A model generated the notes under the pieces. It searched no databases and was not told the DNA's origin. It worked only from the letters and a program-made list of their open reading frames with translations. Shown here one piece after another: positions 9,083-19,569 of a stretch of 64,000 bases of DNA. The stretch is from IMG/VR virus record IMGVR_UViG_3300008448_000018, positions 37,517-101,516 of that record; one strand, 5' to 3'. Numbering within the stretch: the first letter of the stretch is position 1; the number at the start of each line of letters is the position of its first letter. Origin of the DNA: a virus. Both the position numbers and the translations under genes were made by a program.

Positions 9083-10306
9083 TTATTTTCCGTCTTCGTA
9101 ATCTTTGTATCTGTAATAACCTTTATCAAAATCTACTTGTACTAAGAAATCACCCATAAAACCATTACGATTCTTTCTAAATACACACTCAATAATATCA
9201 CTATTGGTAGCACGACCAAGAGCCATTACCCAGTCAGCATCATAAGCAATCTGTCTAGACCATGCTGTTTGACCCAGAGTAGGTGCACTACTAAGATCTT
9301 TTACATCATCTGGAGTAGCAGAGGAAATAGCAATAATAGGAACTTCTTCACTAATAGCCATAAGTTTAAGTTCTCGTGAAAGGTTCTTCATTCGTACCGT
9401 TTCATTATCTGACTTTTGATTTGGACTCATAAGTTGTAGGTAGTCTACAATAACAAAGTCTGGCTTATACTGATCAATCTTTCCACGAATAACGGAGGGT
9501 GTAACTTCACCACCATTGTCATTTGAAATAATGTGAAACTCTGGTCTGCCTGCAACCTTATTAGCATGCCAATTTTTAAGCATATCAAGTTCTACTTCAC
9601 CATTGCTTAATTTTCTATGTGACCAAACACCTTCACCCATGATTGCAAAAACACGATTACGAACTTCTGTTTCAGACATTTCAAGAGAAATAATTAATGG
9701 AGACTTTCCTTGCTTCCATGCTTGCACTGCAAAGTATAAAGCCATCCAAGACTTACCAATTCCAGGGTAAGCAAGAAATACTCCAAGTTGACCTGGCATA
9801 ATTCCAGAAGGTAGATAGTTATCAAATCCTGGAAGATTAGTTTTAATTCCAATTTGACCAGTCTCTTTTTGTTTTTGAACATTTTCGTAATATGCAATAG
9901 CAGACTCTAAATCTGTAGCATCAATATCACGTATAGCAGAGGTATTCTTTTTTAATTCTGAGGTCTTAGTGATAAGTTCTTCTAATGCTTTTGAACCTTC
10001 TCCACCCTGCACTTCTCCTGCTGCAGACCTCAATATATCTTTTAGACTATCATTTAAATACTCAGTCTGCAATTCTTCAAGATGATGTTTAGTTGCTCCG
10101 ACACCAGATACTGGTTCAAAATCTCTAAATTTTTCTACAACTAAAGAAGCAGGGGGAACGCTACCATTATTTTCAAAGTACAGCCTAATAAAATTCCAGA
10201 TATCGTTATGTGTTCTAAGAAGATTTTCTACATTTGCCTGTAGCAAAACATGCATTTGCTTATCTTCGAGTAGTGCAGATATAACCCTTGCTTCTGTATT
10301 ATTCAC
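9083..10306 (-). CDS. dnaB: replicative DNA helicase
   Basis: Walker A AYPGIGKS, SLEMS, IVDYLQLM, YDAD, KNRNG. Confidence 0.93.
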   Translation of the reverse strand: MNNTEARVISALLEDKQMHVLLQANVENLLRTHNDIWNFIRLYFENNGSVPPASLVVEKFRDFEPVSGVGATKHHLEELQTEYLNDSLKDILRSAAGEVQGGEGSKALEELITKTSELKKNTSAIRDIDATDLESAIAYYENVQKQKETGQIGIKTNLPGFDNYLPSGIMPGQLGVFLAYPGIGKSWMALYFAVQAWKQGKSPLIISLEMSETEVRNRVFAIMGEGVWSHRKLSNGEVELDMLKNWHANKVAGRPEFHIISNDNGGEVTPSVIRGKIDQYKPDFVIVDYLQLMSPNQKSDNETVRMKNLSRELKLMAISEEVPIIAISSATPDDVKDLSSAPTLGQTAWSRQIAYDADWVMALGRATNSDIIECVFRKNRNGFMGDFLVQVDFDKGYYRYKDYEDGK

Positions 10307-10607
10307 TAAGCCACTTCCTCGCCATCGCTCTGCGCTCTTTGCGCTCTTGCAAATCTAATTGATAATCTTTTTTACCGTTGATAATCTTTTCTGCGTTGTA
10401 TGCAAAATAATTCCAACTTGGTTCTTGTGCAACACTAAAATAATAATCAAGTAATTCATAGCAATTACTAATGCCATAAGATTCTATCAAGGCATCAGAA
10501 GCCCACTGCTCTACATTTAAATTCAGAGATGGCTTTTGCTCATACTTTGCTGTATGTAACTTGCTGTACCTACTAAGCAAAGCCATGCGGTCTTTGCGTT
10601 CAGCCAT
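10299..10607 (-). CDS. hypothetical protein (replication module)
   Basis: 102-aa ORF coupled to dnaB. Confidence 0.7.
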   Translation of the reverse strand: MAERKDRMALLSRYSKLHTAKYEQKPSLNLNVEQWASDALIESYGISNCYELLDYYFSVAQEPSWNYFAYNAEKIINGKKDYQLDLQERKERRAMARKWLSE

Positions 10608-10816
10608 TATGCCTCTGCAGCCTCTTCCTGTGCTTCTTTAATCTTGTCAGTGAGTTTTTCTTCTACAAACTTGTAGACACGCTCAAATGCCTGCTCAGTA
10701 GTCTCGCCATCACGCTTGCTATCAATAACGCCAAGATCAAGTCTTAGAGATTGAAAGTTTCCAAGGTTTAGCGTATATCCCAGAGTTACATTTACTTTTG
10801 TTGAATCGTTTTCCAT
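10607..10816 (-). CDS. hypothetical protein (start 10816 or 10828)
   Basis: VTLGYTLNLGNFQSLRLD; ATG at 10816 is directly preceded by GGGTGGGGTA. Confidence 0.7.
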   Translation of the reverse strand: MENDSTKVNVTLGYTLNLGNFQSLRLDLGVIDSKRDGETTEQAFERVYKFVEEKLTDKIKEAQEEAAEA

Positions 10817-10837
10817 TACCCCACCCATTTCATAGTT

Positions 10838-11380
10838 TTAAATACTTTCAGACCAAACAGGAATAAACCTTCCATCTTCAGTCTTCGTATATGTAAGTAT
10901 ACCGTCTCCCATTCGCCTTGTCAACTCCTGGCTTGTAGGCGTACTATTATTTGTTATTAGTCCATCTTTTCTTGGTTGTCCTATATGTATACTTGCAAGT
11001 ATAGCACGAATCTCTCTAACGTGGTCTTCTGAATAATAAGATCTGATTTGAAATCCAGTCTTACCACCAATACTTGAACCCACTGGTCTTGGAATGACTC
11101 CTCGTTTAATTAAACTTGGCATATACTTTCTATGACGATTAATTAATTTAGCAGTCTCAGCAACGGTATATGCTCGTTGTCTATTTTTTCTAAAGTCAGA
11201 ACGCAAACATGTTTCTATTCTATCTTTATTAATATTATAAACAGTTACCATTCCAGTAGAACGTGAACTATGATATAGCCTTACAAGATCACCATTTAAA
11301 AACCAAACCTTTTGATTTCCTTTTATTACAGGCTCGTTATTGTACGCTTGGCTCTGGATTTTTCCTTTTGCAGTATCCAT
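10838..11380 (-). CDS. MerR/excisionase-like HTH DNA-binding protein
   Basis: YTVAETAKLINRH...LIKRGVIPRP...RSYYSEDHV winged-HTH pattern. Confidence 0.65.
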   Translation of the reverse strand: MDTAKGKIQSQAYNNEPVIKGNQKVWFLNGDLVRLYHSSRSTGMVTVYNINKDRIETCLRSDFRKNRQRAYTVAETAKLINRHRKYMPSLIKRGVIPRPVGSSIGGKTGFQIRSYYSEDHVREIRAILASIHIGQPRKDGLITNNSTPTSQELTRRMGDGILTYTKTEDGRFIPVWSESI

Positions 11381-11517
11381 CTACCTTGCTCACTTTCTGA
11401 AGGAGGGTGAAAAAAAATTCTTGATCCACATAACACACAAAAGATCTCTATATGTTCGGTTGTATTGTATTGTCTATCGACAAGCATACGACCTTTGCAT
11501 TTTTTGCAAAAAATCAT
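11326..11517 (-). CDS. small zinc-ribbon protein
   Basis: CKKC...CVLCG; first gene after the virion module. Confidence 0.65.
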   Translation of the reverse strand: MIFCKKCKGRMLVDRQYNTTEHIEIFCVLCGSRIFFHPPSESEQGRWILQKEKSRAKRTITSL

Positions 11518-11532
11518 TTCCCACCCTTAACT

Positions 11533-11976
11533 TTAGTTTGGTATACCAAGAATAATTAAATTAACTGCTAATGATAAATCTCCAGAAGCACCAAACCTAA
11601 CTATTCCTTCTACTCTAGAAGTTGTAACTGTTTTTAAAATAACACTAACATTTTGTCCAGCAGGTGTGTTTCCAATGTTTACTGGTGTAGCAGTGGCTAT
11701 TGGTTGGTACTTAAAGTCGCTTGGAAAGTCATATGAGAATGTTTTTTCGTTTCCTGCTGATACTGTTGAGTTGTTTGCTACCTCAACATACCCGCCAATC
11801 ATACGAGCCTCAGATGTTTTTACGCTTTGTTTTCCTGCGCTTACGGTATCTACCGTTGTGTAGTTGTAGGTTGCTGAAGAAACCTGTGTAGACAGATCAT
11901 TAATAGTATCAGCCAACTGATAGATGTATGTAACATCTAAGGGTTGTCCTCGTTCTGGTAGCGGTACTTTAGCCAT
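11533..11976 (-). CDS. putative virion/minor tail protein
   Basis: Beta-rich; last gene of the tail module; own TGATATAAT promoter. Confidence 0.55.
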   Translation of the reverse strand: MAKVPLPERGQPLDVTYIYQLADTINDLSTQVSSATYNYTTVDTVSAGKQSVKTSEARMIGGYVEVANNSTVSAGNEKTFSYDFPSDFKYQPIATATPVNIGNTPAGQNVSVILKTVTTSRVEGIVRFGASGDLSLAVNLIILGIPN

Positions 11977-11994
11977 TATCTCTCCATTATATCA

Positions 11995-12495
11995 TTAGAT
12001 CGTATGCATTGCAGGGTTATAAACCAAAAGGTTTACAGAATCTCTTGTTATTGGTTCACCCTTTAAGTAAACTTCTATTGTTACTCTATTTGGTGCTTGT
12101 GTTTGATCTACACCATTAATATAAAACGTAGTTGGATGAACAAGATTAATGGAATTACCAGAGATTCTTTGAACATAATTCCAGTCTCCATTTCCTGCAG
12201 CCCTACTCCACTTTACCCAAACATCATAATCTTTAGCCTGACGAATTACCTGAGTGCCTATTTTAATAGTAACTGTATCCCATGCAACAGTAGTTATTCC
12301 TGAAGAAACAATGGTTATGTTTCCAGGAACATAAATATATTCTGGATCAAGCGTTACTATTGGTGACCAGTGTGAGGTTCTGTTTTTATCTTCAGAAATA
12401 ATTCTATATCTTATATCATATTTTTCTGTAGTACTATTTATTGTTGGAAGATTATCTTGTTCAACTTTAACCTTTTTAATAGTTTCATTTTCCAT
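11995..12495 (-). CDS. putative minor tail protein
   Basis: Position in tail module; Ig/FN3-like beta composition. Confidence 0.55.
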   Translation of the reverse strand: MENETIKKVKVEQDNLPTINSTTEKYDIRYRIISEDKNRTSHWSPIVTLDPEYIYVPGNITIVSSGITTVAWDTVTIKIGTQVIRQAKDYDVWVKWSRAAGNGDWNYVQRISGNSINLVHPTTFYINGVDQTQAPNRVTIEVYLKGEPITRDSVNLLVYNPAMHTI

Positions 12496-13652
12496 TATGT
12501 TACCCCAATTGAAAATCTAAATTCAATATAATTACTTGTATTTGGTGACTTAATAATTGTTTCTGCACCGTCAGTCTTAATTACTGAGTATCCTGTTAAG
12601 CCATATAATGGGTTAACTGTTGCTACGTTTTCTAATCTAATGGCATCCAAAGCAATGTAGTAATCTTCAGATGGAACTCCACCATCAATAACACATGCAT
12701 AAATTTTAACAACTGTTACGGCGTTCCAAGTAAAGTTTGCGCTTGTATATAATTCCTGTAGTTGCTTAGTAACAACAAAATATCTATTTGTTGAAAAGTC
12801 TTGAACATCTTCTGGATTCCCTGATGTTCCATGATTTATTTCTGCTTCAAACCTTGCAAACCCAGTAGGTGTTGATGCATCTGTATCTGCAAAATCTACT
12901 AATATTCTAATTGTTTCTGGTATTGCTAAAGAGTCTCCATCTTTATTTACTAAAGAAAATGCTAGTTTTAGTTCATCAGTTGGAGAGTTTCTTGTAAAGT
13001 CTACATTTGCTCCAGTTAAATGGATATGATTTGATCCAGGCTCTATAACAAAGTGATCTGCTGCTGGACCACTTTCTTCATTAATTGTAAGATCTGAGTC
13101 ATCGCCTTGAATAAAAATTGTATTATTTAAAAATCTACATCTTTCATATCTTGCTGAACGAGCAGGCTTGTAAAAAATAGAGTTATCTGCATTTGTTTGA
13201 AATACTGATTCTGCAATAGCAATAACATTGTCATCATTTGGATCGTCAAGTGGTGAAGAATAAGAAGGGATTGCAGTTGCAGCCGATGCTGTATGATGTT
13301 GCCAGTTTTCTGCAGTTGTAAAAGCAAAAACTGTTTTACTGTCATATGCTCCAGCGGAAGGGTTAGATCCTGCTGAGTATAAACCAACCTCTGTAATCTC
13401 ATATCTTTCTTCTGTTGGTAGTTCTGCAGTTAAAACAATTTTATTAACACCATTTTCATTAACAAACCCTCTGGATGAAACTGGTATTCTAAACATTTCA
13501 AAATCAAGGGCTTCCTTTGTGGCAAAATTACCAGGGGTGTCTTCAAGGTCAAGTGGGGTAGGACCACAGCCAACCGCTATAAAAGAAGCATAGGCAGGAG
13601 CCTGTCCAAGCATATATTTTCCTATAATGCTTTTACCAGTGTTAGTTATCAT
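12495..13652 (-). CDS. putative baseplate/minor tail protein
   Basis: MITNTGK...IAVG...EMFR...TEVGLYS N-terminus like fibre-attachment domains. Confidence 0.6.
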   Translation of the reverse strand: MITNTGKSIIGKYMLGQAPAYASFIAVGCGPTPLDLEDTPGNFATKEALDFEMFRIPVSSRGFVNENGVNKIVLTAELPTEERYEITEVGLYSAGSNPSAGAYDSKTVFAFTTAENWQHHTASAATAIPSYSSPLDDPNDDNVIAIAESVFQTNADNSIFYKPARSARYERCRFLNNTIFIQGDDSDLTINEESGPAADHFVIEPGSNHIHLTGANVDFTRNSPTDELKLAFSLVNKDGDSLAIPETIRILVDFADTDASTPTGFARFEAEINHGTSGNPEDVQDFSTNRYFVVTKQLQELYTSANFTWNAVTVVKIYACVIDGGVPSEDYYIALDAIRLENVATVNPLYGLTGYSVIKTDGAETIIKSPNTSNYIEFRFSIGVT

Positions 13653-14626
13653 GACGTGATTTCTCCAAATTCCGCTTCATATATTGTACCACTTACCGTA
13701 ATTTCTATCTCAATCTGCTCATCTTGTTCAACATTTACAGCCTCAATTACTAGGTTTCCATTTGTAGAATCAATATATATGTGATTTCCATTAGGACCAG
13801 TGCCAACTTTTGGTATCTTATTTTCAAGTTTAATAGGAAAATTAGCAAAATACTTATCAGATGTAGCCTGAACACTAAGTATATTATTAGGGTTATATTG
13901 CTGCTGAATAGATGAAAGGTTCTTGATTGGCTGATAAGAAACTTGCTGACCATTAATAATATCATTACGAGCAATATTGATTAACTCTTGCCCACCAATA
14001 TTTTCAAATATAAGATCAGTCATTACCTCAATTGGTAATTCATCATCATTAAATAAAACTGTATCAATTGGTGCTGTTTTTACTGGAGGAGGTGGCGGAA
14101 GCGCAGCAGCAACTGAAGCAGTTGTTATGTCTGCTGGAGTTATTGGTGTAGCACTTGTATATCCGCCAGAATATGTACTTCCTCCGCCACTATCTGTAGT
14201 AGTTGTAGTAGTTGTTGTAGTACCAGTTTCAGTGGTACTTGCTGTTGTTGTGGATGTTGTTGTTTCATCTACTTTTGTTGTTTCTTGTGTTTGAGGAACT
14301 AGTGGTGGTGGCACGTCAACTTTTGGCGTAGGTGCTTTTGGTGGTGTTGAAACTTTGGGTGGAATCTTTACAGTTGTTCCAGCCCATATCATGTTACCGC
14401 CTTGATATTTAGCCTGTTCTGTAAATTTAGGATTTGCTGCTAAAATTGCTTTAACTGTTGTATTGTTTTCTTTTGCAATAGATGAAAGGGTATCTCCTCT
14501 TTCAACAGTTACTTTAATTGGTGCTGCTGGCGCAGGTACAACTGCAGCCTTTTGTACGCTTTGTGGAACGTAATCTTCACCACCACCATCAATCATATTT
14601 CCATAAAATCTCATATTATACCTCAC
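13649..14626 (-). CDS. LysM-domain tail protein with Pro/Thr-rich linker
   Basis: VTVERGDTLSSIAKENNTTVKAILAANP...IWAGTTVKIP is a LysM domain; poly-Thr and poly-Pro tracts follow. Confidence 0.8.
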   Translation of the reverse strand: MRYNMRFYGNMIDGGGEDYVPQSVQKAAVVPAPAAPIKVTVERGDTLSSIAKENNTTVKAILAANPKFTEQAKYQGGNMIWAGTTVKIPPKVSTPPKAPTPKVDVPPPLVPQTQETTKVDETTTSTTTASTTETGTTTTTTTTTDSGGGSTYSGGYTSATPITPADITTASVAAALPPPPPVKTAPIDTVLFNDDELPIEVMTDLIFENIGGQELINIARNDIINGQQVSYQPIKNLSSIQQQYNPNNILSVQATSDKYFANFPIKLENKIPKVGTGPNGNHIYIDSTNGNLVIEAVNVEQDEQIEIEITVSGTIYEAEFGEITS

Positions 14627-17600
14627 TCAAATATGCTGTCATATTTGGTCCGTCAGTTCCTCTAGAGTATTCAATATTATATACTACAAATCTACTTGTA
14701 TCAGAAGAAACAAGATCAAGACCAGTAGAGTCTTTATAGTTAAGTGTAACTATATCTCCAAGTTGAAGAGTTGGGATAGAAAACATATTAACACCAACAG
14801 ATTTTTTAGGATGCATAATCTTATTAATAATCCACCCCATTAAGGCATTAGCATCATCATCTGTTTGAACATATATACTGTCGATTGTAAAATCATTCTT
14901 TCCATAAATCATTCTGCTTTGTCTAATTTCATCATATTTAGCCTTTTCAACTAAAGGAGAAAATGCTAAAGTGCTACCTACAAACTCTGGATCTGACAAG
15001 TTTCCACGCTTTTTAAAGTACTCATCTACAGTTAATTCATGAGTGGTGTCTTGTGTAAATGTTATACCCTGAATTCTTAAAAAGTTACCAGTAGTTTCGT
15101 CAAGACTTAAGGCTTTATCTGTAGCATTAAATATTAAAAACTCTGCTCCATATGAGTCTGCTTTAAATCCAGAGGTAGTGTAGCCTTTAATTCTGTTAAA
15201 GGTTGGAGATAGTTGTGCATATAGTGCTGGGTATGCACGATCATATTTAACATCAAAGTATGCACACTCACGCATAATTGATCCAAATTCTTCAAAATAC
15301 ATATTGTACTTAGGTGGCTCCTGTGCACTAATACCAGATAGGTATGTTGATTGAATAATACCACTCATTGCATATTTTCTAAATGATTCGTTTGCATTAA
15401 TTTTGCCATCTGAAAGAGCAGAAGATAATGTTTCTCCAACTGTAAATACGCTATTTTGAGAATAGTTTTCTGAAAGTGCATAAATGTTTTCAAACATAAC
15501 TCTTGATGATCCACGAGTAAACAAAGCCATATTGTTATAAATTGGAAGTGGATCTGTATCGTCTACAACCTTAATAAGTTTATTATTAATGTATAAATAG
15601 AACCTTCTAGTTTTTCCAATATCTTGATACTCTACTGATAAGTCATATACGGTTGGATTGTCTTCTCCAGACATTCTATATTGTCCAGTAAATCTTCCAT
15701 CGTCTACAAGTATCTTTGAAAGACCACCCCAAAGTTTAATTGGTATTGCATTATTATTTGAAGAATCTTTTTTAACCTTATAAAATACAATATTATTAAT
15801 AGACTTTTCAGCCTCACCTTTTGTATTTAACTTTAGATAAGAGTTAATATTATCTTCAGTTAGTGCAATAATTTCAAAATAATATCCATTGTTTGTTTCT
15901 GGATTAAGCAATACTGCTAAGCCACCTGAACCTCCACCAATATTAACATTTTGATCTGGCTGTGTTCCAGAAGCCTGATAGTAGGTTGTACTACCTATTG
16001 GAGTTTGTGTTCTACTTGTATTGTTTTCTATTTTACCAATAATTCTAACCCTTGTGCCAAAGTGTTTGTAAGCATTATTTAATGACTTATATACATAAGA
16101 AACAAAGTTGAGTGGCGTATCTGTAGTTTTAAATGATGGACCATTCATAACTAATGCTGATGACTGAATAGTTCCAGTTTCAGTGCTCTTTAAATTATTT
16201 ACCTGTGTTTCTGTTAAATAATTATTTGACATAAAGTTTTTTATAATACCATTACGAGTTGTTTGTCTGGCAAGAACATTGTCAACACCTGCTGCGCCAA
16301 GCGTAGTTGATGGATAGGTAACATCTTCATCTAACTGTGTTGTAAACATGTATCCCGCTTGCATATTACATCCACGAACATAGTCATTATTAGACCAGTA
16401 ATCGCTAATACCTGCTGTATGTTCAACTATCGTTGTTCCAAATTGACCACGACCATGGTCTACTACAGCACCATTTTGTAGCCTTGTTATGCCATCGACT
16501 GTTTCATAGTATGGTGTTGTATATATTCTTATTAGTCCCGTTGGATAAATTTTTCCATTAAATGGTATTGATGCAAAATATCTTTGGTACTCTTGGTTAC
16601 TGCTAATCCAGACATTGCCTACCCCAGTTATACTAAACTCTGCGGCATCATACTTTATTACTTCACCATTTGAATATAGATACCCATTGTATCTTGTTAT
16701 CCAATATATATTTTCTCCAAGATCAATCACATTATTTGTTATAGCATGATTGACTACTGTTGGTGCTACCGCAGGAATAATAGAGTTTAGTGGCATTGCT
16801 CCTAAAACATATGCTCCTTGCTTAGATGCAATTTCATTTATTGTTTTAGTATTTTCAGTTCCAGATACTTCCCAAAGCAAAGATGGTTTATATATCCAAG
16901 TTTTATTTTGATCAACCATGCTGGACTGTCTAATGCTTCCGTATGATCTTTGAATATATCTAGTTGTATAGTTTATCTTTCCATCGTTATAAATCTTTTT
17001 ATCTTTTGATGCAATAGATATAATATTAGGAAGATTTCCAGATGTAGAATTTTCAATAACGCCAGTATCTGTTTGATTATTTGATCCAGACAAAACGAAG
17101 TCTGTTGATCTCTGATCTACTGTTGGCATTAAATAGTCTTTACTCATAACTACAAAGTTATTGTATTCATCAAAAAACATTGCTGTCTGAGTGGCAAGTG
17201 CCAATTGATTTAAAACTTGTGCAACATTTTGATCTGGAGCAACAAAAAAATATGGAATGATTGGGTCTGACTCTCCAGTAACACGTCTAAAGGTATAGTT
17301 TGTAAAACCAATATAATCAAGAAGTGTTGTTATTGCATAACTTAAAGATGTTTGGGTAGTTAATAGTCTTGGTGCTGACATAGATTCTAAGAAAAAGAAA
17401 AAATCTCTTAACTGGATAGATATTGTTCCTGCAGTTACATCTGCTTGTGGAAAACCCTCTGAGTATAAAGTTTTGATAGGAACATAATAATCAAACCCAT
17501 TTACACCTAAGATTACTTCATAAAAATTAAATTTGATGTTTTTTCTTACATATTCTGAAACAATGCTTGAAGAATTTTGATCATTAAATGCTTGGTCATC

Positions 17601-18926
17601 ATCAAACAAAGATATCTCTCCGTTAGATGCAAGCAACTGTCCAACTGGCAAAGATGTAATCCCAATATCAGAAAGTGTTTTAGTAATTCTAAAGTCAGTA
17701 ACTTTATCAGAAATATCAACAATTAATCTTGGAGACATCTCAATTAAATCAAAAGTAGAATCAAACTTATTCATAACATCAACGACTATACGCATTCCAC
17801 GTATATATTGGAATTCTCTATAAGTTACGTCTCCGTCTATATCATTGTCAAATGAGTCTGGGGATGTTAAATCAGTTACAAAATTAGTGTTATTTGCTAC
17901 CTCTTCTGAACCTAACTGCCATCCATACTGTGGTGTAAATGTTGCATAGTCTCCATTAGTCCAGATATAGAATGTTCCACGATCCCCTTCGTTTTCAATA
18001 ACAAGGTAGGCATAACCTTCTACGCTTGTTTCTGGAAGCAATGTGTCTGAAGATAGTGTTTCTGCAAATACAAAAGAAGACTGATACTCTTCTGGAATAA
18101 TTAAACCATATTCAAGTTCAACGTATCCATCTGTATCTATGATTGGTTCTCCCGATGCTCTTGTGTCATTTTCTCTAAATGAATATGCATCTACCCAACT
18201 ATTACCCTTAAGGTACTGAACCTTCCATCTTGTGGGAGTTGTTTTATTTGCAGTTCCAAATAATGGATCTGCTATTGAAGAAGTTCCATTAATAAATGGA
18301 CCTAAATTAACATCACCAATGTTTGTCTGCATTTTAATAATAATTCTATTGGTTGGAACGTTTTCTTTATATACAACAAATGGAACAGCATCATCAATAT
18401 AGTACAAGCCATTAGAAATATTTTTAGCAATGCCTCTTTCAATATTATTTTCTGTTCTATATGATGTCCAATACTTAAACTCATCATACCTAGAAGGCAT
18501 ATAATATCTTGGTCTTTGTGCCATTGATGCACCAGAGTTTGCTAAAAATTTATTATTAAAATATAGTGGTTTATTAATACCTGATCTAGGTCTAAATGGC
18601 TTTAAGCAATCTTCTAAAGAATATATCATCTTCATCTTATCTTTAGTTGATGTAAATAACTGAGGCACATTTGAATTTGTAAAACCACCATCAATTACTA
18701 CATCGGCATCTGTTGCTCCAGTAAAATAATTTCCAGCATCTAGTTGGTCAAAATCATTTGGTAGTGTAAAATATTGTGAAGAACTGTCTAATGGTCTATA
18801 CCTATAGTTGCCAAGTTTATAAATATTGTCTGGCATATTCATATTCCACTCAGCCAAAACTAATGACTGAAGTCTAACTGTTGCAGATGTTTCTAGGTGT
18901 GTCTTTAGCGCTTCATTTACAAACAC
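14616..18926 (-). CDS. large minor tail/tail-tip protein (1436 aa)
   Basis: Second gene after tape measure; C-terminal PTLQLGDIVTL hub-like motif. Confidence 0.7.
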   Translation of the reverse strand: MFVNEALKTHLETSATVRLQSLVLAEWNMNMPDNIYKLGNYRYRPLDSSSQYFTLPNDFDQLDAGNYFTGATDADVVIDGGFTNSNVPQLFTSTKDKMKMIYSLEDCLKPFRPRSGINKPLYFNNKFLANSGASMAQRPRYYMPSRYDEFKYWTSYRTENNIERGIAKNISNGLYYIDDAVPFVVYKENVPTNRIIIKMQTNIGDVNLGPFINGTSSIADPLFGTANKTTPTRWKVQYLKGNSWVDAYSFRENDTRASGEPIIDTDGYVELEYGLIIPEEYQSSFVFAETLSSDTLLPETSVEGYAYLVIENEGDRGTFYIWTNGDYATFTPQYGWQLGSEEVANNTNFVTDLTSPDSFDNDIDGDVTYREFQYIRGMRIVVDVMNKFDSTFDLIEMSPRLIVDISDKVTDFRITKTLSDIGITSLPVGQLLASNGEISLFDDDQAFNDQNSSSIVSEYVRKNIKFNFYEVILGVNGFDYYVPIKTLYSEGFPQADVTAGTISIQLRDFFFFLESMSAPRLLTTQTSLSYAITTLLDYIGFTNYTFRRVTGESDPIIPYFFVAPDQNVAQVLNQLALATQTAMFFDEYNNFVVMSKDYLMPTVDQRSTDFVLSGSNNQTDTGVIENSTSGNLPNIISIASKDKKIYNDGKINYTTRYIQRSYGSIRQSSMVDQNKTWIYKPSLLWEVSGTENTKTINEIASKQGAYVLGAMPLNSIIPAVAPTVVNHAITNNVIDLGENIYWITRYNGYLYSNGEVIKYDAAEFSITGVGNVWISSNQEYQRYFASIPFNGKIYPTGLIRIYTTPYYETVDGITRLQNGAVVDHGRGQFGTTIVEHTAGISDYWSNNDYVRGCNMQAGYMFTTQLDEDVTYPSTTLGAAGVDNVLARQTTRNGIIKNFMSNNYLTETQVNNLKSTETGTIQSSALVMNGPSFKTTDTPLNFVSYVYKSLNNAYKHFGTRVRIIGKIENNTSRTQTPIGSTTYYQASGTQPDQNVNIGGGSGGLAVLLNPETNNGYYFEIIALTEDNINSYLKLNTKGEAEKSINNIVFYKVKKDSSNNNAIPIKLWGGLSKILVDDGRFTGQYRMSGEDNPTVYDLSVEYQDIGKTRRFYLYINNKLIKVVDDTDPLPIYNNMALFTRGSSRVMFENIYALSENYSQNSVFTVGETLSSALSDGKINANESFRKYAMSGIIQSTYLSGISAQEPPKYNMYFEEFGSIMRECAYFDVKYDRAYPALYAQLSPTFNRIKGYTTSGFKADSYGAEFLIFNATDKALSLDETTGNFLRIQGITFTQDTTHELTVDEYFKKRGNLSDPEFVGSTLAFSPLVEKAKYDEIRQSRMIYGKNDFTIDSIYVQTDDDANALMGWIINKIMHPKKSVGVNMFSIPTLQLGDIVTLNYKDSTGLDLVSSDTSRFVVYNIEYSRGTDGPNMTAYLSEV

Positions 18927-18927
18927 T

Positions 18928-19569
18928 TTAGACCTCTTCCAGCGTTACCGAAATATTCCAAAGATCATGGTTACCACCACCACGTTTTACGACAGTATAG
19001 TTGAAGTCAGCAAAGTATACCTGCATAATTTGATTATATTGTGCTAGATGACCATAAGCAGCACTATCTTTACCAAAGTTATTATATTTATCATATGCCA
19101 AATACATCCAGAATGGACCCTTATGGTTTTCATACCAATCCAATAACTCTACTCCACCTGCTCCACCATCTGCTGTGTACTCTTGACCAGCAACATTTTT
19201 ATATGGTGAAGCACCAGTTGTTGGATTAAAATCTGCTGGTAAATGAAAACCTCTAGATGGCAATAGATTCCAAGATAATGACATAGTTAACTTGTCGGCA
19301 ATATGATAAGACCTCATCCTACCATTGATGGTTCTTTGACGTTGTTCTATTCTTACTGGTTTAAATTGAAGTTCCCCTCGATTATGGTCAGAAAGTATTA
19401 AGAACTGGTCTAGAAGGGCTTCATCAGCCCCCTCTGGGGCATCTACGCCTATTTCATAGCCTGTTGGTACATAAACTCCATCTACCAAGGTTCCTGCGTT
19501 CTCAGACCAAAGTAAAGCCTGTGGGCGTTGATATCTACGACGACCTGTTAAATATGCTGCGGTAGCCAT
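18928..19569 (-). CDS. distal tail-like minor tail protein
   Basis: Immediately after tape measure; ends ISVTLEEV. Confidence 0.6.
   Translation of the reverse strand: MATAAYLTGRRRYQRPQALLWSENAGTLVDGVYVPTGYEIGVDAPEGADEALLDQFLILSDHNRGELQFKPVRIEQRQRTINGRMRSYHIADKLTMSLSWNLLPSRGFHLPADFNPTTGASPYKNVAGQEYTADGGAGGVELLDWYENHKGPFWMYLAYDKYNNFGKDSAAYGHLAQYNQIMQVYFADFNYTVVKRGGGNHDLWNISVTLEEV

Noticed and set aside
4201-10306. Inteins or introns in dnaE or dnaB
   Set aside because: Lengths are ordinary and motifs contiguous; no splice-junction or homing-endonuclease signatures noticed
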